NCBI GenBank assembly: GCA_039803205.1
Contig: JBDRYB010000030.1
Span: forward strand, 1 to 21,246
Reading direction: 5' to 3'
DNA length: 21,246 nt
Origin: a candidate division WOR-3 bacterium
GTDB lineage: Bacteria > Hydrothermota > Hydrothermia > JBDRYB01
The notes under the pieces are model-generated. The model saw nothing but the letters and a program-made list of their open reading frames with translations. It was not told the origin of the DNA and made no database searches. A program made the translations under genes and the position numbers. Below are positions 15,917 to 21,246 of the stretch, piece after piece (the first letter of the stretch is position 1; each line of letters starts with the position of its first letter).

Positions 15917-16654
15917 CTAGATCTCCCCGAATAGAATCCCAGAGGCCCCTGCCAGCAGCTCTTCGAGGATCCTCCCTTCCGGAGAAACTATCATGGCTCC
16001 GCCGAAACAGCCATCAATTTCGGAGAGATAGTTCACCATGAGTGTGGTCGCGCCCAACATTTTTACCCTCTCAACATAGGCCCATTTTTCGCTTTCCCAG
16101 CGTTCCGTATCCTGTTTGCCGTCCTCAAAGCTCCTGGCAAACGGAAAGAGAACCACCTGAGGGCGCTTCTCGCGCAACCGAGCCACTACATCGTCATCAA
16201 AGAGGTCCCCGCATATGAGGAATCCAGCCCTGCCAAAAGGTGTTTCTGCGACCGGGACATCATCTCCGTGGCAGTAGAACGAGGGGTCAGCCTCTTTGCC
16301 GTGCCAGCCAGGGGTAATTCGCCTGTATTTGAGGGCAATATGGCCACGGGGGTTAATGAGAACCGCGGAATCGTAGAGCTTGCCCCTTGACCTTTCCAGA
16401 AACCCTATGCCTAGCCACAATAGCTCTCTGCTGCACAGTTTATAAAGCTCGCGGAACACCCGGCCGTGAGCGGTCACCCCGAGAGAGAGGTCTTGTTTGG
16501 GATCGTCGTTGTTCACGAGGCCCGTGAGCGCGGCCTCAGGGAACAGGACGAGTCGCGCCCTGCCGTATATCGCCTCCTCGGCAAGCCTCAGTATGTTAGC
16601 GAGGTTCTTTTTGCGATCTGTCCCAACAGGATTCACCGCTAACGCTACTTTCAT
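15917..16654 (-). CDS. Carbon-nitrogen hydrolase (nitrilase superfamily)
   Basis: LVLFPEAALTG (Glu), KYRRI, GFLICGD (Cys), FGGAMIVSPEG; ATGA overlap with the upstream protease gene. Confidence 0.9.
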   Translation of the reverse strand: MKVALAVNPVGTDRKKNLANILRLAEEAIYGRARLVLFPEAALTGLVNNDDPKQDLSLGVTAHGRVFRELYKLCSRELLWLGIGFLERSRGKLYDSAVLINPRGHIALKYRRITPGWHGKEADPSFYCHGDDVPVAETPFGRAGFLICGDLFDDDVVARLREKRPQVVLFPFARSFEDGKQDTERWESEKWAYVERVKMLGATTLMVNYLSEIDGCFGGAMIVSPEGRILEELLAGASGILFGEI

Positions 16655-19600
16655 ATCCTAACGAACTTCTCCACTGCTGAGTTTTTCCCCTGTTTGAGCC
16701 TCAGAAAATATACCCCTGAGGGCAGTTGACCTTCCCAGAATGTTTCGTATGTTCCTGGCCCCATCTCCTTCTCAAGGATGGTTATCCTCCTTCTTCCCGT
16801 GACCTCGTATATCACCAGAGCAGTTTTTCCCCTCTCCGGAAGCGAAAACCTCACCGATAGCCTGTTTCCGCTGATCTCAGGAGGCCAGAGCGAGAATCTC
16901 GGAAGGGCGCGTTCCGGCCAGAGCGGCTCGGTTACAGCGGACCAGGGAAGGATCTCCGTGTCCAGGAAGACCTGATATTCGTTTACGGGGTCCTGGTTCA
17001 TGCCCTTCGGATACCTGTCTCGCCACAGGGTTGAAATGAAATACAGGGAATCCCCTGCAAGGGCAAGTTGAGGCCAAAGGCCGCGGTATCCTCTTGAAAA
17101 GCGGAGAATAACCCCCTCGTTTTCCGGATACAGAACACAACCCGCGAGGCTGTCCCCTTCCTCCCAAATCACTGCGAGGAGGGCGAGGCCTGGTATCTCA
17201 ACGATGGCGGGGTTATCCGAATGAGTGCCCGGTGATGAGCTTATGTTCGTGCCCTCCCACGGCCCTCCTTCCAGGAATATCTCCCCATTCTCTGACCAGA
17301 CGACAAAGGGTTCTGCGTTTATGAGGGCCATGGACGGGTGAAGCGAGGGGGAACCAGGGCTTTCCGAGAGATTAAGGATCAGTGGCCTTATCTCTGGATG
17401 CCTAATGTTGATCTTTGCAAGGTAGACCTCCCCATCCCGGGGATTTGAATAAGCGATGTAAGCTGTATCCCTAAACGCACCAACGCACGGCCCCGTCATC
17501 TCGGCCTGGGGAGTTTCGGCCCTCGCGAGCTCGTGCCAGAGGGGTGTTCCTGGCTCCGAAAACTCAAAGGAGCTCCAGATGACCCTCCAGACCTCAGATG
17601 AGCTGATCTCAACAGCAACGACGAGGCTCTCGCCTGCCAGCGCGGCACCCGGGCCGGAGAGCCCGGCGGCGTGAAGTATGAGGTCCGGATTCCCCCACCA
17701 GAAGTCGTTTCCCTTTCTCAGGACGAGGCCGCAGGCTCCGGTCCAGATAAGGCCAATTCTGCTTCCATTCTGGATGAGCGCCGGCCGTGAACCCTGACCC
17801 ACTGGATAAGCGGGGATCCAGCGGCCCCCTTCCCTTCTGGCGTAATAAATGTATCCCCTGGAGGAGTAAGCCATGTGCAGGAAATTGCCATCCCAGAGCA
17901 GTCGCGGCGCGTTGTTGGCGCTCGTTGCCTCTGAGGTGTCTGACTGCACATAGTCCAACAAGAGGTCGAAGCCCATGCCAGGCCCCTCGTAAGATATGTT
18001 TTTCACGGCTATGTGGGATGCGATGAACTGCGGGTATCCGTATTCACCGTAGCCGGGGTCCCCTGGTTTGCCAGAGCAACGGTATCCGGGCCTGGTAAAA
18101 GGCTTGTAGTCAGAGACTCCGCATTCCTCCCTGCACCTGAAAGACCCAACCGTGAAACATAAAGCGTCCCTTCCTGGAATTAGGTATACTCCGTTTTGCT
18201 CGTGTTCCTGGATGTGATAATCAACCTCATAGGAGGAGTATGCATCAGATGATGGGTTCGTAAGGTGGGTGAAGTTCTCGTTGACCCCTGGGCCGAAAAG
18301 GTCATCCGGATTGTTGTAAGCCGCATCCGGCCATGTTCTGCCTGACATCTCAGAGACATACCTCCACAAGCACCAGGATTCTTCTGGGAAGCAGTCCGGA
18401 TTGCACTGGTAGTAGAAGTTCATCCAGAAATCGTGCCTGTCAGACCCAAAAACGGGATCAGGGAGGGAGCCATACCCTTCGTTCGTCCAAAGCCCGGAAG
18501 CGATCTCTGGGTCCTCGTTTTTCCTCTTCTCAAAGTGATCCCCATAGTAAGCCGAGATGTTCGGAGGGTTCTCGTATTGGTAAAGGAACGCTGGGGTGAG
18601 GTCGTTTATGTGATAGATTATGAGCCCCTTGCCCTCGTAGACATCCTCCCAGTGGCTCGTTTTCCCGTGGTAGGCCACGAGAAAGTATTGTTGGGTGTCA
18701 GGCGCGTAGTCGTATTCCCCAGGGTCATACGGGGAATAATAGGGGAAGGGCACGACTATCTTGTAGACATCAATAGCACCTGGGCCCTGCGGGTTCTCGG
18801 TTGAAAAAGGCCTGAGGACATAGTGTCCGGACTCGGAAAGCTCCTGCGGCTCCTTCCATCCGACCCGAAGCTTGTCCAGAGGGCTAAAGGGCCTCATGTA
18901 TTTCCGGCCGAGAGGGCCCGGAGCAAACACCTTTATGAAGGAGTAGATTCCGGGGCCGGAAGAGCCAAATGCCGGGTGGTAGAACCAATCGTTCACATCG
19001 TATTTATCAGGAATGCCTATGTTGTGAGAGAGCTCGTGGGCTATTCCGTGAAGGAGCTCTGCTTTGTGCTCCTGGCTGTCATACTTGAGGGGGTCAGGCA
19101 CCTCTGGGTAGACGCAATCATAGTAGCCAGAGAATCTCGCCGTATCCCTTATTGGAAAAGCCCCTCCAAGCCTCACCTTGACCGAATCTTCTGTCATTAT
19201 TTCAAACGGGTATGAGTCAAAATACATTATCCCGTAGGTTGGCCACGGAGGAGCTGGTCGGATGATTATCGCGTAGTCAACCATGCGATCCCCGTTCCTA
19301 TCAAGCTCGCGGAAGTCAATGTATGGGTCTATTCTGGCGATAACATCCCTCGCCGCGTAGAAGTCCCAGACCCAGTCTCTCGGCAAAAGCCCCCCGAGGA
19401 AGTCATGGTCATAGCAATACATTTCCCCGTTGTAAGGGGGCATCTGCACGGGGTCCCAGAACAGCGCTTTGAAAAGGAGCGAGTCCCAATTGCACGGGGC
19501 TGGCCGCCAATGAGGCTGGTTTGGGATGGTTATCAGGCTGTCGTGGAACGGGCAGGATTTCGGCCCGTTTACTGTCCCGAATATCCTGAGCTGGCCGTAA

Positions 19601-19962
19601 GATTCAAGGTAAAAGAAATTGGACAGGCTGTTCGCCAGATCCGGATCGTCAATCCTCATATCCCAGCTGCCGAGGCCCCCTTCGTCAAATATATCATAGA
19701 GTATCTCATCGTCCGCCCAGGCAGGGGTTTTGGCCGCGGAGAACTCCGTTGCGCACAGCGAGCTCGGGCCTATCCTCGGAAAGAGAATGAGAAACCCGGC
19801 GTCCCCTACTGCCGCGATGGGTTTTCCCTCGATGCTGAAATAGACCCTTATGGACCACGGGAGACCCGAGCCCATTATCCTCTTGACGACTTCCCTTGCG
19901 GTTGGGCCGGGTTCCTCGCCCAGAGGGCCTGGCATGAGGCTAACGAGAAGGACGATGCTCAT
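16651..19962 (-). CDS. Secreted M6 (immune inhibitor A)-like zinc metalloprotease with T9SS-like C-terminal domain
   Basis: FYLESYGQL, DPYIDFRELDRNGDRMVD, AHELSHNIGIPDKYD, QYFLV, GLIIYHIND; C-terminus IYEVTGRRI...LPSGVYFLRL...KFVRI. Confidence 0.8.
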   Translation of the reverse strand: MSIVLLVSLMPGPLGEEPGPTAREVVKRIMGSGLPWSIRVYFSIEGKPIAAVGDAGFLILFPRIGPSSLCATEFSAAKTPAWADDEILYDIFDEGGLGSWDMRIDDPDLANSLSNFFYLESYGQLRIFGTVNGPKSCPFHDSLITIPNQPHWRPAPCNWDSLLFKALFWDPVQMPPYNGEMYCYDHDFLGGLLPRDWVWDFYAARDVIARIDPYIDFRELDRNGDRMVDYAIIIRPAPPWPTYGIMYFDSYPFEIMTEDSVKVRLGGAFPIRDTARFSGYYDCVYPEVPDPLKYDSQEHKAELLHGIAHELSHNIGIPDKYDVNDWFYHPAFGSSGPGIYSFIKVFAPGPLGRKYMRPFSPLDKLRVGWKEPQELSESGHYVLRPFSTENPQGPGAIDVYKIVVPFPYYSPYDPGEYDYAPDTQQYFLVAYHGKTSHWEDVYEGKGLIIYHINDLTPAFLYQYENPPNISAYYGDHFEKRKNEDPEIASGLWTNEGYGSLPDPVFGSDRHDFWMNFYYQCNPDCFPEESWCLWRYVSEMSGRTWPDAAYNNPDDLFGPGVNENFTHLTNPSSDAYSSYEVDYHIQEHEQNGVYLIPGRDALCFTVGSFRCREECGVSDYKPFTRPGYRCSGKPGDPGYGEYGYPQFIASHIAVKNISYEGPGMGFDLLLDYVQSDTSEATSANNAPRLLWDGNFLHMAYSSRGYIYYARREGGRWIPAYPVGQGSRPALIQNGSRIGLIWTGACGLVLRKGNDFWWGNPDLILHAAGLSGPGAALAGESLVVAVEISSSEVWRVIWSSFEFSEPGTPLWHELARAETPQAEMTGPCVGAFRDTAYIAYSNPRDGEVYLAKINIRHPEIRPLILNLSESPGSPSLHPSMALINAEPFVVWSENGEIFLEGGPWEGTNISSSPGTHSDNPAIVEIPGLALLAVIWEEGDSLAGCVLYPENEGVILRFSRGYRGLWPQLALAGDSLYFISTLWRDRYPKGMNQDPVNEYQVFLDTEILPWSAVTEPLWPERALPRFSLWPPEISGNRLSVRFSLPERGKTALVIYEVTGRRRITILEKEMGPGTYETFWEGQLPSGVYFLRLKQGKNSAVEKFVRI

Positions 19963-19969
19963 CGGATTA

Positions 19970-19999
19970 ATATTAAGGGGTCAGGCCAAGGAGAATCAA
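19970..19999 (-). promoter_or_regulatory. Candidate promoter TTGATT-N18-TAATAT, 7 nt before the ATG
   Basis: TTGATT (19999-19994), TAATAT (19975-19970), ATG 19962; no SD. Confidence 0.5.
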
Positions 20000-20032
20000 G
20001 CGCGTTCTGGGGCCAGCCCAGCCCACTTCTTC

Positions 20033-20770
20033 TCATGACAAATTAGGTTTTGGAGCGCCACATTTGGGACAAGTGGATCTCTCTCCCTCAACCAGAGAAT
20101 TACAGTAATCACATTTCCAAGGAGGGAGCGGTTGTCTTGTGCCCTGTTCAGACAATGCGAGATCTATAGCATCCTTTATGCTTTTTGCTTCCTTCATGGT
20201 TGCTACTGCCACGCCATCAAACTCTCGGGCATTAGTGACGATGTAAACTACATAAAACTCCCTGAGATTACGGGCGCCATTAATTGCCCCGCCAAGTAAT
20301 GCTATGCCAAAAAACACGGCTAGGATGCATATGACCATCCAAAAGATAAGCCCCTCATCAGGCTCCATAGAGACACAGGCAGCTATGGCGAAAACTACTC
20401 CCATCAGCACTAATACAGCGCCAAATGTTCCTGTTCCTACATATGGTTGGTAATTTGGCGGTATCCTCTTAATGGTTACCATAGAGACATTGTTTAGTGG
20501 AACCGTAGTTTCGTTTATCACTACGCGGGAAGATGTTATCAACATTTTGGTGTTACCAGCAAAGATTTTATCGAGATAGACCTTTTCACTGGGAACCGAT
20601 GGAGGAACTTCATATTCGCCCAGATCCTTGAAAAGGACGAACTTCCACCGAGTTATCTCTGAGGCCACCAGAGTTAGGGGTTTGATCTTCCCTGTCATCA
20701 CCCACTCTCTAAATGTAGTTTCGTCAATCTCCACAATTTCCCTGCCCTTTTTCACCAAATATTTCTTCAA
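20033..20770 (-). CDS. Membrane protein, DUF6232-like, with C-terminal zinc ribbon
   Basis: AGGAGGT SD + TTG; ITSSRVVINETTVPLNNVSMV then two TM helices; WKCDYC...CPKCGAPK. Confidence 0.7.
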   Translation of the reverse strand: MKKYLVKKGREIVEIDETTFREWVMTGKIKPLTLVASEITRWKFVLFKDLGEYEVPPSVPSEKVYLDKIFAGNTKMLITSSRVVINETTVPLNNVSMVTIKRIPPNYQPYVGTGTFGAVLVLMGVVFAIAACVSMEPDEGLIFWMVICILAVFFGIALLGGAINGARNLREFYVVYIVTNAREFDGVAVATMKEAKSIKDAIDLALSEQGTRQPLPPWKCDYCNSLVEGERSTCPKCGAPKPNLS

Positions 20771-20959
20771 AGCCTCAACCTCCTTCCTCTCTCACAAGTC
20801 TCACCGAGAAAGATCCCTATACCAGCCCCTTTGTTCATGTGCGAATTATAAAGCTAACCTGTCAATCTTGTTCAACTTCTCGTGTTCCCGAGATCATTGC
20901 AAATTTTGGCCAATCTCCAGGGATTGAGTGCTGGCCCCACCACAGCCCTTCAGGGTAAA

Positions 20960-21246
20960 CTGACCTTTACCCATTTCCTCACCTCTTGAAGATTTCATCA
21001 GGGTTATCCGTGCCCCACATGATAGCTCGCCAGAGCTTCTGTTTATCCACTCGTAATCGATCAAGCTCCTCATCCACGCTCACTGATACCATCAGCCACA
21101 TGAGGCCTCTGGTTATGACCTTCTTGCCTGGCCTGTGGTTCTTGAGCCCACTCCATGCTCCCAGTTTCGCTATGAGAAGGATCACCTTGTTATCGGCCTC
21201 AGCTCCCAGGGAGTAGATGTATCCTCCTGTGAGGGCCGTGATGGAT
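20960..21246 (-). mobile_element. 3' end of an IS4-family (IS50/Tn5-like) element, truncated by the window edge
   Basis: Candidate terminal IR CTGACCTTTACCCATTT (20960-20976), resembling IS50-type ends, directly after the transposase stop. Confidence 0.6.
20979..21246 (-). CDS. C-terminal part of an IS4-family transposase
   Basis: Frame open to the edge: SITALTGGYIYSLGAEADNKVILLIAKLGAWSGLKNHRPGKKVITRGL, matching the Tn5-type C-terminal IAxLGG...PGxxxxxRGL motif. Confidence 0.75.
   Translation of the reverse strand, partial: SITALTGGYIYSLGAEADNKVILLIAKLGAWSGLKNHRPGKKVITRGLMWLMVSVSVDEELDRLRVDKQKLWRAIMWGTDNPDEIFKR

Noticed and set aside
1933..21246. Composite transposon bounded by the two IS-like elements
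   Set aside because: Their ends differ beyond CTGA, and the intervening genes include core housekeeping genes.

Overview
Bacterial chromosomal region of roughly 55% GC (estimated by eye). The AGG/ATA-rich codon use, a thermophile-type protein disulfide oxidoreductase and five T9SS-type C-terminal sorting domains suggest a thermophilic FCB-related lineage such as WOR-3 (inference). Housekeeping genes: uvrB interrupted in its Walker A motif by a 478-aa intein (degenerate LAGLIDADG motifs plus an XRE HTH), PSP1/RicT, the disulfide oxidoreductase, an AlkZ-like protein, lepB and a nitrilase-family hydrolase. Secreted cargo: three paralogous 7-repeat beta-propellers, an FG-GAP protein and an M6-like metalloprotease. 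A TPR plus SARP-like regulator lies divergent from a three-gene cargo operon whose promoter carries SARP-like direct repeats. Mobile DNA: a 598-bp internally deleted IS4-like element sitting symmetrically between two back-to-back consensus sigma70 promoters, and the end of a second IS4-family element at the right edge. Many first-in-unit genes appear leaderless (TATAAT-N6-start codon, no SD). No rRNA, tRNA or CRISPR array was seen.
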